The notes under the pieces were generated by a model that was given only the letters and a program-made list of their open reading frames with translations, was not told the origin of the DNA and did not search any database. A DNA stretch of 64,000 bases from an uncultured candidate division Zixibacteria bacterium (GTDB lineage Bacteria > Zixibacteria > MSB-5A5 > UBA10806 > 4484-95): contig CAXXKA010000006.1 in NCBI GenBank assembly GCA_963668625.2, forward strand, positions 416,001 to 480,000, in the 5' to 3' direction. The position numbers were made by a program, and so were the translations under genes. Below are positions 1 to 9,327 of this stretch, in pieces. Position 1 is the stretch's first letter; every line of letters begins with the position of its first letter.

Positions 1-504
1 AATGCGGAATCTCGTGGTACCGGCAGTAGCGTCATAGGGTACGGCAATATCCATCGTTAAAGTGATATCAGCACCGCTGCCTAAGTAGTAACACTCGGAT
101 GCGTCAAAAATCTCATCGGCATTCCAGTCAAACCAGACCCGGGCATGCTCGGTGTATCCATCCGAGAAATAAGTTACTGATAACGTATATGTGCCGCCAG
201 GAGTCACATCGGTGGATAAACTGGTATAATCGCCGTAGCTGGTCGGCCCATCCTGTCCTGAATTATTATTGATGTCACCAAATGTAACATTGGTGATCCA
301 GTCATCAGTCTGGTTCGTATAAGTGGAGGCGCAGTAGTCTTGCGTATCGGTTATGATATCACTGTTATCGAAATTATCCATAGCTGCAAGTTCAATTGCT
401 ATCTTTTCGGCATCAGTTTTAACGGTGCCCGCAATTGATAAACTGGCTATGACAAATGTTAGAATCATGGATACAACTAAATACTTGTTGTTAAAAATGC
501 TCAT
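1..504 (-). CDS. Secreted GEVED-domain protein, 5' part only (runs off window start; not in ORF track)
   Basis: Read manually: SD GGAG then ATG at 504, MSIFNNKYLVVSMILTFVIASLSIA signal peptide, then YCAS..DDWITNVTFGDINNNSG..YGDYT..VWFDWNADEIFD..TTRFRI, typical of the GEVED module; open to position 1. Confidence 0.8.
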   Translation of the reverse strand, partial: MSIFNNKYLVVSMILTFVIASLSIAGTVKTDAEKIAIELAAMDNFDNSDIITDTQDYCASTYTNQTDDWITNVTFGDINNNSGQDGPTSYGDYTSLSTDVTPGGTYTLSVTYFSDGYTEHARVWFDWNADEIFDASECYYLGSGADITLTMDIAVPYDATAGTTRFRI

Positions 505-824
505 GTTTGCTCCTACTCCCAAAAAAACTAAAAACTTAACTACTAAAATTTAAGTATACGCCTAAAAACACCTCCTAACTGCTGGATATTATGTTGTAAA
601 GTATTAATAAGGAGAATCACTATTCACCTGCGGATATTATACGAATTTATAGAGAATTGTCAAGCATTATTTGCAGGCCAGTAGGGCTAAAATATTAAGC
701 GAACCCCTTATCCATTAAAGACTTGAAAGCTCGTATCCAACATGTAAAACGATATTACATTATCACTTATGATAATGATGATATTTTTATTTTGAATTAA
801 TAATAGATTGATATTGTTATTTAT

Positions 825-1571
825 TTATCGCTTTTTTCTTGGCGCAAAAAGTTTTTGGGGCAAATCGGGGTTTGCCTTTATCCGTGATAATACATATTCG
901 ACTTTTAGTTTATTGGATGTTGAACTCAGTTCAATCCTTCCGGGGAAAAGCATCCCATCTCCCGATTTACGCCAATCATAGTAGTTGGCTTCATAAATGA
1001 CCGGGTTAAAAAGCGAGAAGCGGTTGAAGATGAGACTGATCGGAGTACCGCTATCCTTGTTCAGCTCGATTATTATCAGACGGTCCATGCCTTTGCTGCA
1101 ATAAATCAAACGGTTGCCGTTTTTTTCGAGGTATTCGTAATTTTTCAGTCCCTTGAAAAAAAACACCGACTGTAAGATAGATTCCAGGTCCACCTCATAA
1201 TTATCGATACGTATTTGATCTAACAACGTTATACTTTCCGAGTAATCTTCTCTCGGAATCTCCCAGAACCCGCGGCCGTGAATAATCGCTCCCCTGGCGG
1301 CATCGATTCCCAGGGCGGCCTCGGCTAAAAAAGCGAAACTATCCGGGGCGGCATATACGAGTTGGAGGTTTGTCTTGTATGTCCGCTCGCCGCTTAAAGT
1401 AAAATCGCCTTTAAACGCCAGCGATTCGATAGAATCATATTTCGAACTGAAATATTGCCAGAGCTTTTCCGGTGATTGGGAAGGAATAATTTCAGGCGAC
1501 GGTTTAGTCCCGCAGGAATGTATGATTACCGCCGAAATAACGATGAATATTAGTTTATATTTAGAATCCAA
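825..1571 (-). CDS. Lipoprotein, DUF4292/LolA-LolB-like
   Basis: Lipobox IIHSC; C-terminal YYDWRK..FPGRIEL..IKAN..LP..LF pattern resembles LolA-like folds. Confidence 0.5.
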   Translation of the reverse strand: MDSKYKLIFIVISAVIIHSCGTKPSPEIIPSQSPEKLWQYFSSKYDSIESLAFKGDFTLSGERTYKTNLQLVYAAPDSFAFLAEAALGIDAARGAIIHGRGFWEIPREDYSESITLLDQIRIDNYEVDLESILQSVFFFKGLKNYEYLEKNGNRLIYCSKGMDRLIIIELNKDSGTPISLIFNRFSLFNPVIYEANYYDWRKSGDGMLFPGRIELSSTSNKLKVEYVLSRIKANPDLPQKLFAPRKKR

Positions 1572-2202
1572 AATTTTGCCCGGTGAACAACGAACCGAAT
1601 AGTTGAACGAACGGCCCGAACACTATCGCGAAAAAGTGAAAACCTCCAAACGAGGAAAGCAATATCAAACCAATTAAAATCATCGGGCCATAGCGTACGA
1701 ATGGTTGCATTTTAACGTAAGTTTCCGTCGAAACCAGGCCCTCGAGAATATGGAAACCATCCAGAGGTGGTATTGGCAGAAGGTTAAAAATAGTCAGGAT
1801 GAGATTAATCCAAACCGCCAGGTAAATCATCATCAGGATGATCTCGCCAACCTGGCTGCCTGCGAGCAGGGGACTGAAAAGCCTGAATATCAAACCGAAC
1901 ACGAAAGCTGTAATAAAATTCGAGACCGGCCCGGCTAACGCTACCCAGAGATTATCCTTCCTTGGATTCGCGAAATTTCGGGGATCAACGGGAACCGGCT
2001 TGGCCCAGCCGAAGCCGATGAATATTATAGCCAGCGTACCGAATAAATCCAGATGCGCCAGGGGATTGAATGTTAAACGTCCGGCCATCTTGGCAGTAGG
2101 ATCGCCAAGTCTGTAGGCTATATAGCCATGCGAGAATTCATGCACGGTTATCGCCAGTAAGAATACCGGCGCCAGTAAAACCAGTCTTTCAAGATTAAAC
2201 AA
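1561..2202 (-). CDS. Site-2 protease (peptidase M50)
   Basis: HEFSH zinc motif, GRLTFNPLAHLD, GWAKPVP, ALAGP, FNLLPIPPLDG. Confidence 0.95.
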   Translation of the reverse strand: MFNLERLVLLAPVFLLAITVHEFSHGYIAYRLGDPTAKMAGRLTFNPLAHLDLFGTLAIIFIGFGWAKPVPVDPRNFANPRKDNLWVALAGPVSNFITAFVFGLIFRLFSPLLAGSQVGEIILMMIYLAVWINLILTIFNLLPIPPLDGFHILEGLVSTETYVKMQPFVRYGPMILIGLILLSSFGGFHFFAIVFGPFVQLFGSLFTGQNFGF

Positions 2203-2278
2203 ATTACCTCCGTATCCATCACATTATATGCTTAAAAAACGCTTGAGGGCAAGTGTTTGTTTCAGCCAATAGTAATGG

Positions 2279-2899
2279 TTACATATATTGTTCGAAAGAT
2301 TCCTTTACCTGCCTGTTTGCTTTGGATACATGACCGTTGCCCAAAATGAAGAACCGCCAGAGTTTATCATTTCCTTTATCACCGATACCGATTCGCGATG
2401 AACGCCAAACATTTTCAGGTCGGTAACCGTCGTCCACTACATATATCTCATTTTTGGTCAGATCGAGGCCATTTTGCTCGGTTGTAATACCGAATGCCCT
2501 GGCCATCTTGCCGGGCCCGCTGGCTACGTTAGTTATTTCAGTCACGCCCCGGTTGGCCATCATATTCTCGATACCATACAGGGGCTCGAGTCCTCGCAAA
2601 AGAACCGCCGCCGGAAAGCCCTTACGCTCGGTTACGAAATTTAACATATAGTGATTGCCATAGGTGAAATAGACATACAAATAGCCGGGATCATTATACA
2701 TTATCTCGTTACGCGGTGTCATACCCCGGCAAGCATGACAGGCCGGATCGTCCTCGCCGATATAAGCCTCGACCTCCACCAGCCGACCGCCAAGTTTCAC
2801 GCCATCTGCTTTATAAACAAGTATTTTGCCCGGCAGGTCGATTGCAACATCCAATGTCGGCCTATCATAAAAAGTTCTATTAAGTTTTATCTGCTTCAT
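2279..2899 (-). CDS. mpg: DNA-3-methyladenine glycosylase (AAG/MPG family)
   Basis: VEVEAYIG..DPACHA, YVYFTYG.H, AAVLLR.LEP, SGPGK, RIGI, WRF; start set at MKQIK (ORF track 2917). Confidence 0.92.
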   Translation of the reverse strand: MKQIKLNRTFYDRPTLDVAIDLPGKILVYKADGVKLGGRLVEVEAYIGEDDPACHACRGMTPRNEIMYNDPGYLYVYFTYGNHYMLNFVTERKGFPAAVLLRGLEPLYGIENMMANRGVTEITNVASGPGKMARAFGITTEQNGLDLTKNEIYVVDDGYRPENVWRSSRIGIGDKGNDKLWRFFILGNGHVSKANRQVKESFEQYM

Positions 2900-3719
2900 A
2901 GAATGGTTTGATTGCAACTCCCGAATCGGCGAGAGTTGCTATTGCTTCACGTATTCCCTCACCAAGGTGTTTAACGTTATGAGAGTCGGAGCCTATCGAA
3001 TTGAATACAGCTCCTGATCCGATAGCGTCTTCGATAAAATCAGGCTGGGGGAAAAACGAATCTCCTCCGTGACGGCGATAAGAGGTGTTAACCTCGAAAC
3101 CGGTACTGGTTCTTATCATCGCCTTAACGACTTTTTCCAGATATGATTTATGAATGGAGAATATTTCCTGTCCATAGTGGAAAACACCCCTGAGCAGGTA
3201 GTAATCGGCATGCCCTAAAATATCGAACAAACCGCAGTTCGCGGCGTTATATAAAAGTTCGAAATATGCGCCTGCAAGTTTTACCAGTGGATTAATATTG
3301 AAATAATCGGTTGCCTCTCTTTTACTCGCGATATTGATACCATCTATGATATGAACCGAACCGATCAGGTAATCAAAATCGAATATCTGTTTGAGACGAT
3401 AAATTTCCGATTCAACGCCCGGGAAGTAGTCCACCTCCATCCCGATCAGTATTTTCAGATCGGGGAACTTGTCCCGGGCAGTCATGCAATCATCCATATA
3501 ACGGCCGATCGTGTAGTCGTTAATCCTGAGCTTTTCGCCGTCTACAATCATGAACGGATCGATATCATCTCGAGCGGGATTGATATCGAAATGAGTGCTA
3601 AACCCTATTACCGGTATTTTCAATTCGTTCGCTCTCATGCAGTATCTATCGATACTCGTGTCGGAGTCTATCGAGTAATCGGGATGTACATGAAGATCGC
3701 AGGGAATTAACTTAGCCAC
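2880..3719 (-). CDS. PHP-domain phosphatase, HisJ (histidinol-phosphatase) family
   Basis: DLHVH, GMEVDY, DYLIGSVH, DILGH.D, FEVNTS, GSDSH. Confidence 0.85.
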   Translation of the reverse strand: MAKLIPCDLHVHPDYSIDSDTSIDRYCMRANELKIPVIGFSTHFDINPARDDIDPFMIVDGEKLRINDYTIGRYMDDCMTARDKFPDLKILIGMEVDYFPGVESEIYRLKQIFDFDYLIGSVHIIDGINIASKREATDYFNINPLVKLAGAYFELLYNAANCGLFDILGHADYYLLRGVFHYGQEIFSIHKSYLEKVVKAMIRTSTGFEVNTSYRRHGGDSFFPQPDFIEDAIGSGAVFNSIGSDSHNVKHLGEGIREAIATLADSGVAIKPFYEADKT

Positions 3720-4339
3720 GGATTATTTTCTTTCTCGTAACCAATGGTAGTTTCCGGACCATGCCCGGGCAATGCCCTTGTTTGGTCGGGGAGGCTCAGC
3801 AATTTATCGTTTATCGCTTGTATCAGTGTTCGATGATCGGAGCCGGGCAGATCGGTACGGCCGATAGAGCCGAAAAATAAAGCATCACCGGTGAATACGA
3901 CATCGTCGACAAAGAGAGATATGCCACCCGGCGTATGTCCGGGAGTATGAAGTATTCTAATGATATGATCACCCAGCATAATTTCATCATCCTCGACCAG
4001 TAACTCATCGGCGGGTTTGGTGGTAAAAGACTTATCGTGGTAATAAGACAGGTTTTTCCGTGCCTGTGTCAGCATTATGGCATCTTCCTGATGAATCAAT
4101 ACAGGGGCATCGATAGCAGCTCGCAAATCGGGCAAGCCTTTGATATGGTCGATATGCCCATGCGTCAGGATTACTTTTTCCACCTTAATACCTTTCTGCT
4201 CGATAAAACCGAGTATACGTTCGGCTTCATCACCCGGATCTACAACGATAGCTTTGCCATCACTGTGGATAATGTAGCAGTTCGTTAAAAAATCACCAAC
4301 TTCTAATACATCAATGCTAATCGATTCAGGCATCCTCAT
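3707..4339 (-). CDS. MBL-fold metallo-hydrolase (glyoxalase II-like)
   Basis: THGHIDH, HTPGHTPG, FTGDALF, GRTDLPG, PGHGP. Confidence 0.93.
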   Translation of the reverse strand: MRMPESISIDVLEVGDFLTNCYIIHSDGKAIVVDPGDEAERILGFIEQKGIKVEKVILTHGHIDHIKGLPDLRAAIDAPVLIHQEDAIMLTQARKNLSYYHDKSFTTKPADELLVEDDEIMLGDHIIRILHTPGHTPGGISLFVDDVVFTGDALFFGSIGRTDLPGSDHRTLIQAINDKLLSLPDQTRALPGHGPETTIGYEKENNPWLS

Positions 4340-6176
4340 CTCCCCGATGAAAGTGATCGTATATTTTAACCGCTAATTTATTCGGAATCCCATGTGTATC
4401 TAACAACTCTTGTAGCTTTGCTTTCTTTATCGCATCTACCGAGCCAAAAGTTCCCAAAAGGGCGAATTTTCGTTTTTCACCGATTCCTTCGATTTGATCC
4501 AACTCCGAGGAATCGATTTTTTTCGAACGTAATTTGCGATGGTAAGTAACTGCGAACCGATGAGCTTCATCTCTTACTTGTTGGAGTAGCTTTAAGGCGG
4601 ATGATGTTCTGGGGATCGATATCGGTTCGGATCTACCGGGCAGGTAAACCTCCTCGTAACGTTTGGCCAGCGAGGCGCATTGCTGTTGGATTATGCCTAA
4701 CTCCCGTAATGCTCCCAGGGAGGCGTTGAGCTGTCCTTTGCCACCGTCGATTAATAAAAGGTCGGGATAATTCTCGTTGTTCTCAGCAAGATGGTTGAAA
4801 TAACGGCTGACAACCTCCGCCATCATTGAAAAATCATCCTGTCCCTCTATCGTTTTAATCTTAAACCTTCGATACCCTTTCTTCATAGGTTTGGCATCAC
4901 TGAAAAATATTACAGAACCAACCGCATCCGTACCCCCTAAATTCGATATATCGCAGGCTGCGATAGTGCGGGGTATGTGTTTTAAGTACAAATCACGCTG
5001 AAGGCTTAAAAGCACGCCGGGCGGTTTTTTTCTGGTCGCGCTTTTTTGTGCCAGTAGTTCACCCAATAGCAATTTCGCGTTTTTGATTGCCAGTTCGACA
5101 ACCCTGTGTTTTTCGCCGATTTTGGGATGAACTATTTTAATGGTTTTTTCTTTTTTTTCTTTGAACCACTGCTCGATAAGATTTTGCTCATCGACCTCCT
5201 CGTTTAAAAATACCTCGGTGGGTAAGAAAGTTATCGATTTATAATAGCGCAGTAAAAATGACGATATGATTTTGGCGTTGTCAATCTCCTCGGGTGCGGT
5301 CATGTAGTAATGTTGACGGCCAATCAATACACCCTGCCTGACTTGCAGTACCACTATACACACATCGGCGCTACTCCGAGCCTGTACGATGATATCGCGG
5401 TCGGCCAGGTCCTCGCTAACCACTTTTTGTTTCTCGACTACTGATCTTATTCCGGCTATTTGATCACGAACCTGGGCGGCTTTTTCGAATTCCAGTTTTT
5501 CGGAGTACTCGTTCATCTTGTCATCTAGATTATTGATCACTTCATCCGAACGACCGGATAAGAACAATAATACGTTATTGATAATTTCACCGTACTCCTC
5601 GGGAGAGGATTTATCCGGTTCGCACACTCCCGGACATCTGCCGATGAAGTAATCCAGGCAGACACGGTACTTTCTTGTCGAGGGCAATTGAAGGTTGCAC
5701 GAGCGCACCGGGAAAATCTTGCGAACCAGTTTGAGTGTCCGGCGCATGCCGCCAACATTGGTAAACGGCCCGAAATACTTGGCGCCGTCATCCTTGATTT
5801 GACGGACAACCAGTACTCGCGGGAAAGCCTCGCTGGTGATTTTTATGTACGGGTAACGTTTATCATCCTTGAGATTGACATTGTAATACGGCTTATGTTC
5901 TTTTATGAGATTCGATTCTAAAATCAAGGCTTCCAATTCCGAGTCAGTGGCCAGCGTGTCAACATCCGCGATAGAACTTACGAGTTTGCGGGTTCTGGGA
6001 TGATCGATTTTTTTGATGAAATACGATTTGACCCGGTTTTTTAAAGATTTAGCTTTGCCAATATAGATTATGGTTCCCTCGGTATTTTTAAACATATAAA
6101 CCCCGGGGGAACCGGAGAGATTTTTCAACTTGGTTTTGAGACTTACCGAGATATTAGTACTTTCGTTTTCAGTCAT
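4326..6176 (-). CDS. uvrC: Excinuclease ABC subunit C
   Basis: GIY-YIG PGVY..IIYIGKAKSLKNRV, LKDDKRYPY, DISN, DGGKGQ, RDEAHRFA, HhH tail. Confidence 0.98.
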   Translation of the reverse strand: MTENESTNISVSLKTKLKNLSGSPGVYMFKNTEGTIIYIGKAKSLKNRVKSYFIKKIDHPRTRKLVSSIADVDTLATDSELEALILESNLIKEHKPYYNVNLKDDKRYPYIKITSEAFPRVLVVRQIKDDGAKYFGPFTNVGGMRRTLKLVRKIFPVRSCNLQLPSTRKYRVCLDYFIGRCPGVCEPDKSSPEEYGEIINNVLLFLSGRSDEVINNLDDKMNEYSEKLEFEKAAQVRDQIAGIRSVVEKQKVVSEDLADRDIIVQARSSADVCIVVLQVRQGVLIGRQHYYMTAPEEIDNAKIISSFLLRYYKSITFLPTEVFLNEEVDEQNLIEQWFKEKKEKTIKIVHPKIGEKHRVVELAIKNAKLLLGELLAQKSATRKKPPGVLLSLQRDLYLKHIPRTIAACDISNLGGTDAVGSVIFFSDAKPMKKGYRRFKIKTIEGQDDFSMMAEVVSRYFNHLAENNENYPDLLLIDGGKGQLNASLGALRELGIIQQQCASLAKRYEEVYLPGRSEPISIPRTSSALKLLQQVRDEAHRFAVTYHRKLRSKKIDSSELDQIEGIGEKRKFALLGTFGSVDAIKKAKLQELLDTHGIPNKLAVKIYDHFHRGDEDA

Positions 6177-6273
6177 ACTAATATATTAAACTTTAGTAAA
6201 CGCTCAAGTCAACAAACTAAAACGCAAAAAATATGGAATTTTTAATTATCGGGATATTGTCGTTGGTTTGACC

Positions 6274-6378
6274 TTACACCGGAACTAAAACTATCGCGGC
6301 CAGCAGGCAAAGAAGGCTGAACGCATAAAAGAATACGGGTCTCGGTTCAATCATTTTGTCTTCATTGAAACTGTACAT
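6274..6378 (-). CDS. 34-aa small membrane peptide (MYSFNEDKMIEPRPVFFYAFSLLCLLAAIVLVPV)
   Basis: Strong SD AGGAGGT just before ATG 6378; single hydrophobic C-terminal helix; below ORF-track size cutoff. Confidence 0.55.
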   Translation of the reverse strand: MYSFNEDKMIEPRPVFFYAFSLLCLLAAIVLVPV

Positions 6379-6409
6379 AATACCTCCTAAATCATAGGCG
6401 ATTTAAAAT

Positions 6410-6476
6410 GGGAGCGGCGGAGGGGGGATACCCTGAGTCATTCAGGGGGGCCGGCAAAACCGGCATCACCGCTCCC
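6410..6476 (-). ncRNA. Putative structured RNA (multi-branch hairpin) in the leader of the small ORF
   Basis: GC-rich island in AT-rich DNA; GGGAGCGG/CCGCTCCC closing stem enclosing GCCGG/CCGGC and CCCTGA/TCAGGG hairpins and a C-rich stretch ATCCCCCCTCC. Confidence 0.45.
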
Positions 6477-6514
6477 AAAAAATCTTAACCCTTAATCAGC
6501 TATATGATTTAAAG

Positions 6515-6529
6515 GCAATATATATGCCA
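6515..6529 (-). promoter_or_regulatory. Sigma54 (RpoN) -24/-12 promoter
   Basis: Minus strand TGGCATATATATTGC, GG-N10-GC spacing matching TGGCAC-N5-TTGC. Confidence 0.65.
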
Positions 6530-6691
6530 TTATCAAAAAACAATGCGAAGAATTACGATTGATTTATCCATCACTTTTAATTTAATAAATATCAATAAAT
6601 AAGCAAGAGCTAAAACAGGGATATCATGGGCAGAAAAATCATATAATATCGGATATAAATTGTTATGTGCAATATCTTTCATATAATGAAT

Positions 6692-6722
6692 AAAAAAGCG
6701 GCTGAGAATGATCTCAGCCGCT
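6692..6722 (-). terminator. Rho-independent terminator
   Basis: AGCGGCTGAGA/TCTCAGCCGCT stem with U-tract on minus strand after 6746 gene. Confidence 0.8.
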
Positions 6723-6745
6723 GGCGGTTGTAGGTTTGCAAGAAC

Positions 6746-8512
6746 TTATTTAATGAGTACAGCTTGTTTGGTTTCAGATATACCATCGGCGGTGAGTTTG
6801 TAATAGTAAACGCCGGAGGCGACATCCGAGGCATCCCAGTTAACATGATGTTCACCGGCTGCTAAGTCCTCGTTCATTAAAGTAGTAACTTTAGCGCCAG
6901 TGATATCATAGATATCAATCGTGACATTGCTGGCTACATTTAAGTTAAACGAAATAGTGGTAGTGGCGTTGAACGGGTTGGGGTAGTTCTGGTTTAAAGC
7001 AAAACTAGTAGGCAGGTTAGTTTCCTCATCGATACCCGTAGTCAACAGAGCGTCGGCGGAATACGTCATATAACGCATCGGATTCTCTGTAGCGGAACCT
7101 TCCTCCTGAGGAATACCGCCGGCATCCTTATCGTTGGTGTAGAATACGTGAATATTTTCATCCACAACCTCAGCCAGGCTTGACCAGTGATCACTGTCGC
7201 ACTCACCCGGGAAACAATCAGGAGTATGCGAATTGGTTATATTGATCGGATCTGCCCAGTTTAAACCACCATCACGACTTCCGGTTGCGTAAATCTCGCC
7301 ATTAGCGAAACCACCGGTGGAGACATCAGAGGTGTCAAACTGAGTCCAGGTCGCGAACAGGGCATTATCGGACTCTCTCGTGCCCAGGCTCATCTTACAC
7401 ATCGAACGATTCCATGCGCCGGAGATATCACCCCACAATGAATCCGGGAAATCCTGGATAGTGGTGATCTGATCGGTAGCCTCACTCCAGTGCTCCATGA
7501 ACGTTTTGTAGTAGATACCCTCATCGGTCACCCATTGAGCATTCCATAAGAGCTGGATATCGTCGTTATAGTCGATCAACACATCTAGATCGGTATAGGC
7601 CCAGAGCGAATCGTTGTCGGTGCCGTAGTTGGTCACATTGTTACGGCCATAGCGCCAGTTCCAAGTAGTACCGTCGTCAGAGACATAATAGCAGATATCG
7701 TTGTTCCACTGGGTGGTGGTATCCTGAGTTTTAGGATAGGCCAGCACTACACGGTTGGAAACCGGCGAGGAGGCCATAATGGAGCCGATAACCTGAGCGG
7801 TATCGACCAGTACGAAATTGGACCAGGTTGAGCCACCATCCTCCGAGCGAGTGTAACCAACCCTCTGGATACGGCGATCGGTGTTTTCGCTGGCGACGAC
7901 ATGAATGAAGTTTTGATTATCGACCGTACCATAAGGCCAACTGCAGATACCCGGGCTCTCAGGAGTCTGGGGATACAATTGGTTTGGAATCTGATATTGA
8001 GTGAAGAAACCTAAACCCAGGGGTTCATCCTCTATAGAGACATAGTCGTAGTCACCATTATGATAGAAGATAGCGGCACGGTTGCCATCATAGATATCCA
8101 TATTGGTGTAGCCTGCGCCACTATTCTCACTTACCTGACTACCCTCGTCATTGAAGTAAAAGGCGCCATCAGAATCAACCCAGTTATGGTAAACGTGACG
8201 GGGAGCCGGCGGATAAGGCCAGCCGAATAGTTTCATGAAAGCAAAGTATTTGTTGCCGTTTTCATACAAACAAACACGATTACCGCTGGAGCCGTTGGTT
8301 TGATAATCGTAATAAGTGTAACCAACGATATCGCCCGGTGACTCTGCCACAGCGCCCGGAGTGTAGGGGATAGCATCCGAGATGTTTAATTCCTCTTCCC
8401 CAGTTAAACGCGGCAGGTTTACCTCGGGCATAGTTTTCGAAAGTTCAGCCGAGGCATTGGCAGCGATAAAGATCACTGTCAAGGCAATAACCCATAGTAG
8501 CTTTTTAGCCAT
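6746..8512 (-). CDS. Secreted Asp-box/BNR beta-propeller-like protein with C-terminal sorting domain (T9SS type A/FlgD-Ig-like)
   Basis: Signal peptide; SEDGGSTW, SDDGTTW, SRDGGLNW Asp-boxes; QNYPNPFN...SGVYYYKL...VLIK tail. Confidence 0.85.
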   Translation of the reverse strand: MAKKLLWVIALTVIFIAANASAELSKTMPEVNLPRLTGEEELNISDAIPYTPGAVAESPGDIVGYTYYDYQTNGSSGNRVCLYENGNKYFAFMKLFGWPYPPAPRHVYHNWVDSDGAFYFNDEGSQVSENSGAGYTNMDIYDGNRAAIFYHNGDYDYVSIEDEPLGLGFFTQYQIPNQLYPQTPESPGICSWPYGTVDNQNFIHVVASENTDRRIQRVGYTRSEDGGSTWSNFVLVDTAQVIGSIMASSPVSNRVVLAYPKTQDTTTQWNNDICYYVSDDGTTWNWRYGRNNVTNYGTDNDSLWAYTDLDVLIDYNDDIQLLWNAQWVTDEGIYYKTFMEHWSEATDQITTIQDFPDSLWGDISGAWNRSMCKMSLGTRESDNALFATWTQFDTSDVSTGGFANGEIYATGSRDGGLNWADPINITNSHTPDCFPGECDSDHWSSLAEVVDENIHVFYTNDKDAGGIPQEEGSATENPMRYMTYSADALLTTGIDEETNLPTSFALNQNYPNPFNATTTISFNLNVASNVTIDIYDITGAKVTTLMNEDLAAGEHHVNWDASDVASGVYYYKLTADGISETKQAVLIK

Positions 8513-9076
8513 TGTTCCTCCTTACTTTGGGCTTTGCATAAAAGCATTTATGTCAGTTAGTTTGACTACAGCTTTTAAGGCAGTATACTTCTGTTTTAAA
8601 GAACTTCTTGATCTGTTTATGGTAAATGAAATATAAACAGAAATTCACGAATGTCAAATAATATATTCATGATGCAGTGCTAAGGTGCAATAAATTAAGG
8701 AAATAGGTATTTTACTTAATCGGTACCGCCTTTCTCGTTAAAATGTTCATATCCGTCGTTAGTTTAATGAAATAAATTGCTGAGCAGTAACTAATTGAAT
8801 ACCGGTTGATATTCAGGGGAAGTATCCAGCAAACACTGAATGCGAGTATCGCTATCATCAGACAGGATGCTGATGATGCAGATACGAATACAGCTAAAGA
8901 AATGAGTATTAAAATCGTTACCAGTGATGCGTGCATGCTCGCACTCCCCAAAATCATTATAGACGAGCATTATATATTAGCTATTATGTCGATGTCGAAC
9001 CTGGTTGCAAGCGCAATGTACCTAACATGATAAAAATATAACTTTTTTACAGGATGTCAAGCTGCTTTTAAGCTTA

Positions 9077-9327
9077 TCATTTAATCAAAACAGCTTTATT
9101 GACCTCTGATTGCTCGCCTGCTTTTAGTCTATAAATATATGTCCCTGATGCCAGCTTATCCGCGTTCCAGTTGATTTTATGCACTCCGGCGGGAAGGTGC
9201 TCTTTGATAAGAGTCTCAACCAGCGCGCCGGTGATATCGTAAATCTCAAGGCTGACCTGCTCCGGCTCTGGCAGCTCGAATGAGATGGTAGTGGTTTGGT
9301 TGAACGGATTGGGGTAGTTTTGCGATA
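9077..9327. repeat. Sorting-domain DNA block, array 1 copy a
   Basis: Near-identical DNA to 10930-11222 and 12953-13245. Confidence 0.9.

Noticed and set aside
353-553. 66-aa plus-strand ORF
   Set aside because: Antisense to the GEVED-domain gene starting at 504.
8712-9030. Overlapping 81-aa and 74-aa ORFs between the Asp-box paralogs
   Set aside because: No recognisable motif; hydrophobicity alone is insufficient support, though a small peptide cannot be excluded.
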